Part shown: piece by piece, positions 39,071 through 49,235 of the stretch
Numbering within the stretch: position 1 is the first letter of the stretch
Layout: each line of letters starts with the position of its first letter
Origin: an uncultured Cloacibacterium sp.
Lineage (GTDB): Bacteria; Bacteroidota; Bacteroidia; Flavobacteriales; Weeksellaceae
Assembly (NCBI GenBank): GCA_964530915.1
Contig: CAZHCK010000001.1
Location: 4,012-68,011, forward strand
DNA length: 64,000 bases
Reading direction: 5' to 3'
Position numbers and translations under genes: made by a program
Notes under the pieces: model-generated
What the model was told of the DNA's origin: nothing
Databases searched by the model: none
Seen by the model: only the letters and a program-made list of their open reading frames with translations

Positions 39071-39625
39071 CTACTTCCACTGGAAAGTATCAATCATGTG
39101 CAGCAAGTCTTTTTTAATATAATCTACTGCTGGTGCGAGTGAATCTGGTTTTGGTCTTGTATTGAAATATAAATTCGCGGTTACAAAATGTCTGGTGCTA
39201 TCTGTGATGAAAATCTGAATATTAGAAGCACTTTCTCCCTTTAATTCATACACATTTCCATAAACTTTTTTATCTGGATAAGAAAAAGATTTGGTTTCGA
39301 TAGCTGAAGCTCTAATGGTATGTCCGTAAACCATTTTTTCTACCTCTTTTACATGCGCATCAAAATCATTTTTCACCAGAAAATACGTAATGAAAACATT
39401 CGCTTTCATTTTGGGATAACGCAAATTATACCAACATGCTTCTTTAGCATCTGCCATCGCAGCAAAATCTGAATATTCAAAAGTATAAGCACATGGATTA
39501 GTAAATGCTTGATAATGAGGCTGTGGATATTCTAGACGCAATTCACCTTTGGGTTTAGGCTTTGTTTCTTCGCTACACGCCAATGCAGAAAATGCTAACA
39601 AAATGACTGCTAATTTTTTAAACAT
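39071..39625 (-). CDS. gldD: Gliding motility lipoprotein GldD
   Basis: Lipobox ALAC, PKPKGELRLEYP, HTIRA.AI, G..AS..Q.FITDST.HF, PNPDSL-like RPKPDSL. Confidence 0.92.
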   Translation of the reverse strand: MFKKLAVILLAFSALACSEETKPKPKGELRLEYPQPHYQAFTNPCAYTFEYSDFAAMADAKEACWYNLRYPKMKANVFITYFLVKNDFDAHVKEVEKMVYGHTIRASAIETKSFSYPDKKVYGNVYELKGESASNIQIFITDSTRHFVTANLYFNTRPKPDSLAPAVDYIKKDLLHMIDTFQWK

Positions 39626-39682
39626 TTTGCAAAAGTAAGAATTTTTTGTGGAAGAATTTTCTCGAAAATCAAGTTTAAAGAT

Positions 39683-40720
39683 TTAATTTTCAAACGTTTT
39701 CTTCAAATAATTTTCTAAAGGTTTCGGAAAAGACTTCTGATGAAAATTTTCGTAATCTGTAATTTGCAATTGATGCTTCTGAGCATATTTTTCAAAACTC
39801 GTTTTATTCTGCAAAATCACTTTAGAAATACTGATTTCCAGATTTTTATGCGTAAGTTTATGATACACCGTTTTCTCCTCTACTATAAAATCTCCCAATT
39901 CCCGAGAAATACTTTCTGGGAAATCATATAATTTCTTCCAAATAAAGGAATCATCTCGTTGTTTGATGAGAAACTTCCCATCATATTCTATATAATAATA
40001 ATGTAATTTTAAATCTACAGCTTTTACTTTTTTAGATTTCACAGGGAATTCTAGCACTTTTCCCGTTTCATAAGCCAGACAATTTTCTTGAATCGGACAG
40101 ATTTCACACTGTGGATTTTTAGGTTTACAGATTTCTGAACCCAAATCCATAATCGCTTGGTTAAAGTTCCCTGGGTTTTCATCAGGCATTATGAGTAAGG
40201 CCAATTCATAGAAATAAGCATACGCTTTTGGTGAGGAAACATCAAAATCATCGGCAAAAACTCTACTCAACACTCGGTAAAAATTCCCATCAATAGCAGG
40301 AACTTTTTCATCAAAACAAATGCTGGAAACTGCTGCTGCAGTGTACTTCCCAACTCCTTTTAGTTTTAAAATTTCCTCAAAATCACTAGGAAACTCTCCT
40401 CCGAAATCTTCCATCACTTGTTGAGCTGCTTTGTGCAGATTAATCGCTCGTGAATAATAACCTAAACCTTTCCAATAGAGTAAAACTTCATCTATTTCTG
40501 CTTTGGCTAAAGACTTTACTGTAGGAAATCTTTCTACAAAATTCAGGTAATGATTCTTGCCTTGCTCTACTCTAGTCTGCTGTAAAACGATTTCGCAGAC
40601 CCAAATGTAATAAGGATTGTTGGTTTTTCGCCAAGGTAAATCTCTCGCATTCAAATCATACCATTTCAAGAGTTTTAAACCAATGTTTAGAAAATCAGTA
40701 TTTTTGTTCTTCTTTTTCAA
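39683..40720 (-). CDS. mutY: A/G-specific adenine glycosylase
   Basis: RDLPWR, EIVLQQT, WKGLGYYSRA, LKGVGKYTA, DGNFYRVLSR, CKPKNPQCEICP. The start is probably TTG at 40720. Confidence 0.93.
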   Translation of the reverse strand: MKKKNKNTDFLNIGLKLLKWYDLNARDLPWRKTNNPYYIWVCEIVLQQTRVEQGKNHYLNFVERFPTVKSLAKAEIDEVLLYWKGLGYYSRAINLHKAAQQVMEDFGGEFPSDFEEILKLKGVGKYTAAAVSSICFDEKVPAIDGNFYRVLSRVFADDFDVSSPKAYAYFYELALLIMPDENPGNFNQAIMDLGSEICKPKNPQCEICPIQENCLAYETGKVLEFPVKSKKVKAVDLKLHYYYIEYDGKFLIKQRDDSFIWKKLYDFPESISRELGDFIVEEKTVYHKLTHKNLEISISKVILQNKTSFEKYAQKHQLQITDYENFHQKSFPKPLENYLKKTFEN

Positions 40721-40767
40721 AAAATATTTTTTATATTTGCACACCAAAAATAAAAACAAAAAAGGAA

Positions 40768-41058
40768 ATGACAAAGGCAGAATTGGTAAACACCATCTCA
40801 AGCAAATTAGGAATAGAAAAAAATGATACACAAAAAGTTATCGAAGCTTTTATGCAAGAAATCAGAACTTCTATGTATAATGGAGATAACGTATATTTAA
40901 GAGGTTTCGGTTCTTTTGTAATCAAAACCAGAGCGGCAAAGACAGGTAGAAATATTTCTAAAAATACAGCTATCAACATTCCTGCTCACAACATCCCAGC
41001 TTTTAAACCTTCTAAAACTTTCGTAGAAAAAGTTAAAACTAAGGTTGCTGTAAAATAA
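40768..41058 (+). CDS. hup: DNA-binding protein HU
   Basis: MTKAELV, LRGFGSF, GRNI, PAFKPS. Confidence 0.93.
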   Translation: MTKAELVNTISSKLGIEKNDTQKVIEAFMQEIRTSMYNGDNVYLRGFGSFVIKTRAAKTGRNISKNTAINIPAHNIPAFKPSKTFVEKVKTKVAVK

Positions 41059-41113
41059 TTTATAATTTAGGTTCAAAAAAAATTCAAATATTAACTTTTA
41101 AAAATTTCTAACT

Positions 41114-41203
41114 ATGCCAAGCGGAAAGAAAAGAAAAAGACACAAGGTGGCTACCCACAAAAGAAAGAAAAGAAGAAGAGCAAACAGACATAAGAAAAAA
41201 TAA
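41114..41203 (+). CDS. Small basic ribosomal protein bS22-like (AURKAIP1/COX24 family), 29 aa
   Basis: MPSGKKRKRHKVATHKRKKRRRANRHKKK; too short for the ORF track; lies between hup and RNase E/G. Confidence 0.85.
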   Translation: MPSGKKRKRHKVATHKRKKRRRANRHKKK

Positions 41204-41310
41204 TCTTTTCTGTTTAGATACAATATAATATAGTTGGTGTTTTTATCTTTATAATGAGCACTAACTATATTTTTGTTTTAATTAAAAACTTTAAAAAGAA
41301 ATTTTAGAAA

Positions 41311-42867
41311 ATGAAGAAAGAATTAATAATCTCTTATGAAGATGATGCTTCTAAAATTGCCCTTATTGAAGACGGTAGATTATTCGAGCTCCACGAGATA
41401 CAGCAGAATACAGATTTTGTAGTAGGTGATATCTTTGTGGGAAAAATTAAAAAATTAGCTCCTAATCTCAATGCTGCTTTCGTAAATATAGGTTACGAGA
41501 AAGATGCTTTTTTGCATTATCAGGATCTCGGTCCGCAGTATCTTACCTATCGCAAGTTTTTACAGGATACGGTATCCAAAAGACAACAAACTTCTTCGCT
41601 TAAAAACTTCCAAATTCAGCCAGAAATAGACAAGCACGGCACTGTAGACAAAGTGATGGCTGCTCAAGACGAAGTTTTATTGCAAATTACCAAGGAACCT
41701 ATTTCTACAAAAGGTCCCAGAATTTCTACCCAGATTTCATTAACGGGTAGATTTCTAGTACTCATCCCTTTTGATAATAAGGTTTCTATCTCTAAAAAAG
41801 TTAAAAGCGCCGAAGAAAAAGCAAGGCTCAAAACGCTTATCGAAAGCATAAAGCCTGAAGGTTTCGGTGTAATCATCAGAACAGTAGCAGAAGGAAAAAA
41901 AGTAGCAGAACTCCATAATGACATGAACCAATTGGTTGATAAATGGAACGTTTGCTTCAAAAATATCCAAAAAAATAAAACGCCTGCCAAAGTTCTTAGT
42001 GAAGAAGACAAAGCTTCGGCTATTTTGAGAGACAATTTCAATCAAGATTTCGTTTCTATCATTTGTGACGATGAACAAATGGTAAACGATATGAAAAATT
42101 ACCTTGAAGTTATTGCTCCAGAACGAAAAAACATTGTACAATTTTATGATTCTCACATTCCACTTCTGGAATATTACAATGTAGAAAAACAGCTGAAACA
42201 ATCTTTCGGGAAACACGTAAACATCCCAAGTTCTAAAGGTGCTTACCTCGTGATAGAACACACAGAAGCACTGCACGTAATAGACGTGAACTCGGGGAAC
42301 AACATTTCTTCTGGCACCGCCAACAAAGAACACGCCCTAAACGTGAACAAAATGGCAGCTACAGAAATTGCAAGACAACTCAGACTGCGAGATATGGGAG
42401 GAATTATTGTGGTAGATTTTATAGACATGCCAAATCCTGACCACAGAAAAGACCTGTACGAACACTTGCGCGAAGAAATGAAACGCGACAAAGCAAAGCA
42501 CAAAATCCTACCGCCGAGTAAATTTGGTTTGATACAAATCACCAGACAACGTGTAAGACCAGAAAAACAAATAGACACCAAAGAAGAAAACCCGAACAAA
42601 GACGGCGAAATCTTGGCTCCTATTTTTGTGGTAGAACGCATGGAAGAAACCATCAAAGATTTCTTTACCAAAAACAAGGGCAAATTATACCTACACACGC
42701 ATCCGTTTGTAGAAGCATATCTTACAAAAGGATTGATGAGCCAACAAATGAAATGGTTTATCAAGTACAAAAAATGGGTAACCATTATCCCAAGAGATTC
42801 TTTTAAATATCTGGAGTACAGACTCTATGATGCAGACAAAAAAGAACTCATCAGCTACTCGAATTAA
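41311..42867 (+). CDS. rng: Ribonuclease E/G family protein
   Basis: S1 domain (LAPNLNAAFVNIG..KDAFL), LQITKEPISTKGPR, IDVNSG, RQLRLRDMGGIIVVDFIDM. Confidence 0.93.
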   Translation: MKKELIISYEDDASKIALIEDGRLFELHEIQQNTDFVVGDIFVGKIKKLAPNLNAAFVNIGYEKDAFLHYQDLGPQYLTYRKFLQDTVSKRQQTSSLKNFQIQPEIDKHGTVDKVMAAQDEVLLQITKEPISTKGPRISTQISLTGRFLVLIPFDNKVSISKKVKSAEEKARLKTLIESIKPEGFGVIIRTVAEGKKVAELHNDMNQLVDKWNVCFKNIQKNKTPAKVLSEEDKASAILRDNFNQDFVSIICDDEQMVNDMKNYLEVIAPERKNIVQFYDSHIPLLEYYNVEKQLKQSFGKHVNIPSSKGAYLVIEHTEALHVIDVNSGNNISSGTANKEHALNVNKMAATEIARQLRLRDMGGIIVVDFIDMPNPDHRKDLYEHLREEMKRDKAKHKILPPSKFGLIQITRQRVRPEKQIDTKEENPNKDGEILAPIFVVERMEETIKDFFTKNKGKLYLHTHPFVEAYLTKGLMSQQMKWFIKYKKWVTIIPRDSFKYLEYRLYDADKKELISYSN

Positions 42868-42936
42868 TGAGTAATATGAAATTTTCGGTTCTCTCCTTTA
42901 GGAGAGTTAGAGAGGAAGAAAATTTCTAAAAAATTA

Positions 42937-42968
42937 TAAAATCGTTGCAGTAATGCAGCGATTTTTTT
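42937..42968 (+). terminator. Rho-independent terminator
   Basis: aaaatcgttgcagtaatgcagcgattttttt; near-identical to 1651-1682. Confidence 0.7.
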
Positions 42969-43048
42969 TGTGATTTTTTACAGATTACGGAAAACCTTAG
43001 TTTTGTTTAGGAATTTTTGTTAATTTAGATAAAAATTAATAATAAATA

Positions 43049-44179
43049 ATGAAAAAACTCAATGTTAAAACCAATTTATTAGACCATTCTCAAGCTAAAG
43101 TAAAATTATTAAGTGAATATTTAAAAAGGTACTTAAGTATCATAAGTAATGATGGATATACTGAACAAATAAATATTTATGATTTATTTTGCGGACAAGG
43201 TTTATATGAAAATGAAGGGCATGGTAGCCCATTAGTTATATTAAAGAGTGTAAAAGATAATTACTTTACAATTATTAATCAAAAATCAAATAAAAAACCT
43301 AAGATAAATTGTATATTTAATGATATTGATATCACTAAAACAAAAATTTTAATAAATGCTATTGATGAAAAAAAATTGTACTACAAAAACATTGGAAACT
43401 TAACAATATCTAATAATGATTATCAAGAAGAAATAAAAAAACTAAAAATAGAATTTAATAAATTCAAAAACGAAAAAGCTTTTGTCTTTATTGACCCTTA
43501 CGGATATAAAGAATTGAAAGCAAATGACATAAAAGAGTTAATTGGTAATCATAAAAAAAGTGAGATATTATTATGGCTTCCAATACAATTTATGTATAGA
43601 TTTTCTGATAAGGAAACTCCTGAAGTTTTAAAAAATTTGATTCTCGATTTAAACATTAATGAAGAAGTTAAAAAATCTGAAAATGTATGGGATTTTATAT
43701 ATTCACTAAAAAAGGGATTTCAAAATCATCTTGGTGAAAATTATTTTGTGGATAGTTTCACTTTAAAGAAGGAGGAAAATACAGTATTTTGTCTATATTT
43801 TTTTACTTCTCATATAAAAGGATATGAAAAAATGCTTGAATCTAAATGGGAAATAGATACCGAAGAAGGAAGAGGCTGGGAATACAGTGGTAATGCACCT
43901 TCATTATTTTTTGAACAAAAAACCAATAAGCTTGAGGATTTGATTAAAACCTATATAAAATCTGGCAAAAGATATAATTTTGATCTATATCTATTTACTT
44001 TAAGAGAAGGGTTTCTAATAAAACATACAAACGAAATCTTAACATCATTACAAAACCAAGGAGTTTTGGATGTGATTTTGACAGAATCAGAAACTCCTGC
44101 AAGAAAAAAATCATTTTATATAAAATATATGAAACCTGATGACGATAATAAAAATAAGGTTTATTTTGTATTAAAATAA
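43049..44179 (+). CDS. tcmP: Three-Cys-motif partner protein TcmP-like (SAM methyltransferase-like fold)
   Basis: HSQAKVKLL.EYL, YDLFCGQG, GSPL, FVFIDPYG; adjacent to DUF5131. Confidence 0.8.
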   Translation: MKKLNVKTNLLDHSQAKVKLLSEYLKRYLSIISNDGYTEQINIYDLFCGQGLYENEGHGSPLVILKSVKDNYFTIINQKSNKKPKINCIFNDIDITKTKILINAIDEKKLYYKNIGNLTISNNDYQEEIKKLKIEFNKFKNEKAFVFIDPYGYKELKANDIKELIGNHKKSEILLWLPIQFMYRFSDKETPEVLKNLILDLNINEEVKKSENVWDFIYSLKKGFQNHLGENYFVDSFTLKKEENTVFCLYFFTSHIKGYEKMLESKWEIDTEEGRGWEYSGNAPSLFFEQKTNKLEDLIKTYIKSGKRYNFDLYLFTLREGFLIKHTNEILTSLQNQGVLDVILTESETPARKKSFYIKYMKPDDDNKNKVYFVLK

Positions 44180-44187
44180 AATAAATT

Positions 44188-44913
44188 ATGGCACAATCAA
44201 ATATAGAATGGACTGAAATGACATGGAATCCAACCACTGGCTGTGATAAAATTTCTTCTGGATGTAAATTCTGCTATGCAGAAATTATGTCAAAACGTCT
44301 ACAAGCTATGGGTGTAGAAAAATACAAGGATAACTTTGAAATAAGAACCCATGAAGAAGCATTGAAAATTCCTTTTACATGGAAAAATTCAAAAGTGGTA
44401 TTTGTCAATTCAATGAGTGATTTATTTCATGAAAAAGTACCTATTGAATTCATCAAAAAAGTTTTCAAGGTAATGAATAATAACCCACAACATGTTTTCC
44501 AAGTTTTAACTAAAAGAGCAGAAAGATTATATGAATTAAATAAAGAACTAAAATGGACACATAACATTTGGATGGGAGTTTCTGTTGAAAATGATAAAGT
44601 AAGAAATCGCATTGATTATTTAAGAAAAACAAACGCAAAAGTTAAGTTTCTTTCTATTGAACCATTAATAGGACCCCTTATTAACATAAACTTAACGAAT
44701 ATTGACTGGGTTATTGTTGGGGGAGAAAGCGGAAACAAACCAAGACCAATGAATGCAGATTGGGTAATTGATATTCAAGAACAATGTGAACAAAATGAAG
44801 TCGCTTTTTTCTTCAAGCAATGGGGCGGAAAAAATAAGAAAGCAAATGGTAGGATTTTAAATGGAAGGACTTATGATGAGATGCCGGAAATAGAACTTCA
44901 ACATAGTGTTTAA
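44188..44913 (+). CDS. DUF5131 (phage Gp37/Gp68-like) three-Cys protein
   Basis: [68 protein letters not shown]. Confidence 0.9.
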   Translation: MAQSNIEWTEMTWNPTTGCDKISSGCKFCYAEIMSKRLQAMGVEKYKDNFEIRTHEEALKIPFTWKNSKVVFVNSMSDLFHEKVPIEFIKKVFKVMNNNPQHVFQVLTKRAERLYELNKELKWTHNIWMGVSVENDKVRNRIDYLRKTNAKVKFLSIEPLIGPLININLTNIDWVIVGGESGNKPRPMNADWVIDIQEQCEQNEVAFFFKQWGGKNKKANGRILNGRTYDEMPEIELQHSV

Positions 44914-44950
44914 ATACAAAACTCTCAATTTCTTCAATTTATAACCTGAT

Positions 44951-44973
44951 CTCGCGGATTTATAATCCGTGAG
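44951..44973. repeat. REP-like palindrome; partial second copy at 45372-45387
   Basis: ctcgcggatttataatccgtgag; gatttataatccgtga is repeated over the stop codon of the next ORF. Confidence 0.7.
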
Positions 44974-45056
44974 TTTCACTTAACCAACACAAATAAGCAT
45001 TTTTAAAGCATGCTTAAACAAAAAAACAGGTCAAAAATAACTTTTTTGAAAAAAAA

Positions 45057-45380
45057 ATGAATACTATAAATCACTATTCAATATCTGAAGCCATAAAAGA
45101 GTTAAATAAAGTTGGCAATATAAATCTTGTCAAAAAACTGGAAAGAATATTGAAATATAACGAAATAAAAAAACCTGAGTTACATAACAAAAAAGACGAC
45201 AAAACAACTAGCCATTATAAAGTAAATCTAACCTATGATGACTTAGAAACAATCAAAGATTTGTTTCTTGATTTAGAAGTTGCTAGTTTAACAATTGATG
45301 GAGAAGCTGGTGCCTATACAGAAAAATACGTTACTCTTTTGAATAATTGGTCTACCATATCTGATAATTCAGATTTATAA
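45057..45380 (+). CDS. Hypothetical protein, 107 aa
   Basis: ATG in A-rich context; stop inside the REP-like repeat. Confidence 0.65.
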   Translation: MNTINHYSISEAIKELNKVGNINLVKKLERILKYNEIKKPELHNKKDDKTTSHYKVNLTYDDLETIKDLFLDLEVASLTIDGEAGAYTEKYVTLLNNWSTISDNSDL

Positions 45381-45672
45381 TCCGTGACTCCATTCAATAA
45401 AAAAAACCAAAACCTCTGCCTTCGCAGAGGTTTTTCTATGAAAGAACATCTACTTCACTTCGGGTAAAAGAGCAGTCATGCTTCGTGTTTGCTCGTGGTT
45501 TGTTCGTGTTTCCTTCGAATCAAGCTCGAAAAAGTACCATAAATTACGAACAAAGCACGAACAAACGTAAAAGGAAACTCAACTCAGACCCTAACTTGAG
45601 ACATAAAAAATCTTATCAACATTTAACAATCCTTTAAAACATGCTCTGCTAAAAATTCCCTATTTTTGAGAG

Positions 45673-46302
45673 ATGCAAAATTCTTTAGAAATACTATTAC
45701 AGCAGTTACAAGATGCAGAGTTGGGTGGTTTTGATGCGCAAAAAATCTATGCGCCACCTTATCGTTCTTTGCTCACGCAAGAAGAAATTTTGGCCAAAAA
45801 TCCTAAATACGCCGCCGTCAATATTTTACTCTATCCCAAAAACGGAGAATGGCACTTTCCGCTCATTCACAGAACGCACAATGAAAACGACAGACATTCT
45901 GGGCAGATTTCGCTTCCTGGTGGTAAAAAAGATGACACCGATGCAGATTTTGCAGAAACCGCCATCAGAGAAACTTGGGAAGAAATTGGCGTTACCATGT
46001 CTCAAATCAAAATCGTGAGAGAACTCTCCCCTATTTATATTCCGCCAAGTAATTTTTTTGTGTATGCTTTTCTGTCTTACACCGAAAATTGTCCAGATTT
46101 TAATCATCAACAAACCGAAGTTCAAGAAATTTTAGAAGTTCCGCTTTCCGTGATTCGAGACTTACCAAAACCTCCTCTAACCATGGAATTGCCACGAACC
46201 AACGGATATAAAGTACCTTATTTTGATTTCCAAAACCACAAAATTTGGGGCGCCACTTCTATGATTTTGAGTGAATTGAACGAGTTGCTAAAAAATGTTT
46301 AA
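45673..46302 (+). CDS. Nudix hydrolase (CoA pyrophosphatase family)
   Basis: AAVNILL, HSGQISLPGG, TAIRETWEEIG, IWGAT. Confidence 0.9.
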   Translation: MQNSLEILLQQLQDAELGGFDAQKIYAPPYRSLLTQEEILAKNPKYAAVNILLYPKNGEWHFPLIHRTHNENDRHSGQISLPGGKKDDTDADFAETAIRETWEEIGVTMSQIKIVRELSPIYIPPSNFFVYAFLSYTENCPDFNHQQTEVQEILEVPLSVIRDLPKPPLTMELPRTNGYKVPYFDFQNHKIWGATSMILSELNELLKNV

Positions 46303-46395
46303 ATTTGCAAAGTCCGCAGTCTATTTTATCAATACTAGACAATAGCGTTTTTATCATTTGTGTTTAATAAAATTTGGCTTCAAGCTGCTTGAAAA

Positions 46396-47199
46396 ATGGC
46401 GAAGAAAAGCATTTTTACAGATTCTTTCGGGAATATTTACTTTTTAAAGAGATTTATCATCTTCATCTTGGGAATGATTTCCTACAGAAGATTTAATGGG
46501 TTCAACAAACTGAAAATTACAGGAACCGAGCATTTGGTAAACCTCCCGAAAACCAATGTGTTATTCGTATCCAATCACCAAACGTATTTTGCTGATGTAG
46601 CAGCAATGTACCACGTTTTCTGTGCTGTGAATAATGGATATATGAACACCATCAAAAATCCTGTTTATCTGCTCAATCCAAAAGTAGATTTCTACTACGT
46701 AGCTGCAGAAGAAACCATGAATAAAGGGATTTTGGCAAGAATTTTTAAATTGGCGGGTGCAGTTACGGTAAAAAGAACTTGGCGCGCCGAAGGAAAAAAT
46801 GTGAACAGAATGGTAGATTTAAGAGAAGTAGAAAATATTCTGAAAGCGCTAGATAATGGTTGGGTGATTTCTTTTCCGCAAGGAACTACTTCTGCTTTTG
46901 CACAAGGCAGAAAAGGAACAGCTAAACTCGTTCAGCAACAACGTTCTATCGTTATTCCTATCAAAATCAATGGATTCCGTAGAGCTTTTGACAAAAAAGG
47001 ATTGAGAGTAAAAGTGACAGGTGTAGAACCAACGATGCAATTTAAGGCTCCATTAGACATAGATTACGACAACGAAAAAGCGGAAGATATTCTTAACAAA
47101 ATTATGCACGCCATCGAGCAAACACCTGAGCATAATGTGCTTCACGATTACGACAAAGAATATCAGGAGCGCAAAAAACAAGAGAAAAAAGACGAGTAA
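46396..47199 (+). CDS. Lysophospholipid acyltransferase family protein
   Basis: SNHQTYFAD, FPQGT. Confidence 0.88.
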   Translation: MAKKSIFTDSFGNIYFLKRFIIFILGMISYRRFNGFNKLKITGTEHLVNLPKTNVLFVSNHQTYFADVAAMYHVFCAVNNGYMNTIKNPVYLLNPKVDFYYVAAEETMNKGILARIFKLAGAVTVKRTWRAEGKNVNRMVDLREVENILKALDNGWVISFPQGTTSAFAQGRKGTAKLVQQQRSIVIPIKINGFRRAFDKKGLRVKVTGVEPTMQFKAPLDIDYDNEKAEDILNKIMHAIEQTPEHNVLHDYDKEYQERKKQEKKDE

Positions 47200-47261
47200 A
47201 CTTAATTTCTGAAATTTTACTTGGCTCTTTTTACTTGGCTCTTTTTAATTTTAATTAAAAC

Positions 47262-48602
47262 ATGAACATTCATTTCATTGCAATTGGCGGTGCTGCGATG
47301 CACAATCTTGCCATAGCTCTCAAAAATAAAGGTTACCAAATCACAGGTTCAGATGATGCTATTTTTGAACCTTCTCTTTCTCAATTGCAAAAAAACGGAC
47401 TTCTTCCTGAAAGTTTAGGTTGGTTTCCTGAGAAAATTTCTGAAAATCTAGATGCAGTCATTTTAGGAATGCACGCCAAAAAAGATAATCCAGAACTCTT
47501 GAAAGCTCAAGAACTAGGCATTAAAATCTATTCTTATCCAGAATTTCTGTACGAAAAGAGCAAAGAAAAAACCAGAGTGGTTATTGCAGGTTCTCATGGA
47601 AAAACCACCATTACTTCGATGGTTCTTCATGCTTTACAATACCATTATTTTGACACAGATTTTATGGTGGGAGCGCCATTAGATGGTTTTGATTGCATGG
47701 TGAAAATTTCTTCGGAAAATGATTTCATTATCTTGGAAGGAGATGAATATCTTTCTTCGCCGATAGATTCTAGTCCGAAATTCTTGCATTATCATCCGAA
47801 TATTGCTTTGATTTCTGGGATTTCTTGGGATCACATCAATGTTTTCAAAACAGAGGAAGAATATGTAGACGCTTTTAGAAATTTCATTAAAAACATTACT
47901 TCTGGTGGAATTTTAGTGTACAATGAAGAAGATGAAACCGTAGTAAAACTGGTAGACGAAGCGGAGAATTATTTCAGAAAAATGCCTTACAAAACGCCCA
48001 ACTACGAAACCAAAAACGGCAAAACTTCAGTAGAGACAGAAATGGGGCAAATTCCGCTTAAAATTTTCGGAAAGCACAATTTACTGAATTTAGAAGGAGC
48101 AAGGCTTATTTGTAATCAATTGGGCATTCTAGACGAAGATTTTTATGAAGCTATGATGAGTTTCTCTGGCGCATCGAAACGTTTAGAAAAGGTAAAAAGA
48201 AATGACGAAATCATTTTGTACAGAGATTTTGCACACGCTCCGAGCAAAGTAAAAGCATCCGTAGAAGCTTTTGCAGAACAATTTCCCGCGATGAATAAAG
48301 TAGGTTTTCTAGAACTCCACACCTACTCTTCTCTGAATCCAGCGTTTTTGCCAAAATATAAAAATACTTTAGCCCAACTCGATGAAGCGGTGGTTTTCTA
48401 TGATTTGGAAGCTTTGAAAATTAAAAACATGACTCCCATTTCTCCTGAATTGATTAAAGAATCTTTCGGGAAAGAAAATTTACAGGTTTTTACCAATGTG
48501 GATGATTTGAAAAATTTTTGGCAAAATCTGGAAAAATCAAATTCTGCTTTTCTGATGATGAGTAGCGGAAATCTTGGCGGAATTTCTTTGACCGAAAACT
48601 AA
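47262..48602 (+). CDS. mpl: UDP-N-acetylmuramate:peptide ligase (Mpl/MurC family)
   Basis: IAIGGAAMHNLA, AGSHGKTTIT, EGDEY, DHINVF, DFAHAP, MSSGN. Confidence 0.85.
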   Translation: MNIHFIAIGGAAMHNLAIALKNKGYQITGSDDAIFEPSLSQLQKNGLLPESLGWFPEKISENLDAVILGMHAKKDNPELLKAQELGIKIYSYPEFLYEKSKEKTRVVIAGSHGKTTITSMVLHALQYHYFDTDFMVGAPLDGFDCMVKISSENDFIILEGDEYLSSPIDSSPKFLHYHPNIALISGISWDHINVFKTEEEYVDAFRNFIKNITSGGILVYNEEDETVVKLVDEAENYFRKMPYKTPNYETKNGKTSVETEMGQIPLKIFGKHNLLNLEGARLICNQLGILDEDFYEAMMSFSGASKRLEKVKRNDEIILYRDFAHAPSKVKASVEAFAEQFPAMNKVGFLELHTYSSLNPAFLPKYKNTLAQLDEAVVFYDLEALKIKNMTPISPELIKESFGKENLQVFTNVDDLKNFWQNLEKSNSAFLMMSSGNLGGISLTEN

Positions 48603-48689
48603 TATTTTTCTCAAAAAATTAAGATTTTTTTTCGCTAACTATTTCATATTCAAAATATTTTATTAATTTTAAAAACACACTAAAACCAC

Positions 48690-49124
48690 ATGAATATGAG
48701 AACTATAAAACACATTCTTGATAGAAAATCAAGAGAACTCGCCATCATCGAACCTGAAAAAACCGTTTTCGAAGCTTTAAAATTAATGGCAGACAAAAAC
48801 ATAGGCTCTGTTATTGTAATGGAAGGAACACGATATCTCGGCATTCTTTCGGAGAGAAATTACGCAAGACAAGTTGTGCTTCTCAACAAAAGTTCTAAGG
48901 AACTTGCGGTAAGAGAAATTATGAGAACAGACCTCCCAAAACTTTCTAAAAATGACCCTATCGAAAAATGTATGGAAATCATGACTCAACTCAATGTGAG
49001 ATATTTGCCAGTGGTAGAAAATGAAACACTCATCGGTCTAATTTCTGTAAAAGACCTTCTAGACGAAGTTTTATTGCACCAAAAAGACGTCATCGAAAAT
49101 CTTACCCACTATATCAACACTTAA
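48690..49124 (+). CDS. CBS domain protein
   Basis: TVFEALKLMA.KNIGSV.V, GILSERNYAR, RYLPVV, GLISVKDL. Confidence 0.9.
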   Translation: MNMRTIKHILDRKSRELAIIEPEKTVFEALKLMADKNIGSVIVMEGTRYLGILSERNYARQVVLLNKSSKELAVREIMRTDLPKLSKNDPIEKCMEIMTQLNVRYLPVVENETLIGLISVKDLLDEVLLHQKDVIENLTHYINT

Positions 49125-49235
49125 ATTTTTCGCCTGAACTAATACCATTTCTCCTCCCGAAATCCATCGGGAGTTTTTTATGGAGTGAGATTTCTAAATT
49201 TTATTATATTTGGGAAAATCAGAACATCAGTAGAA

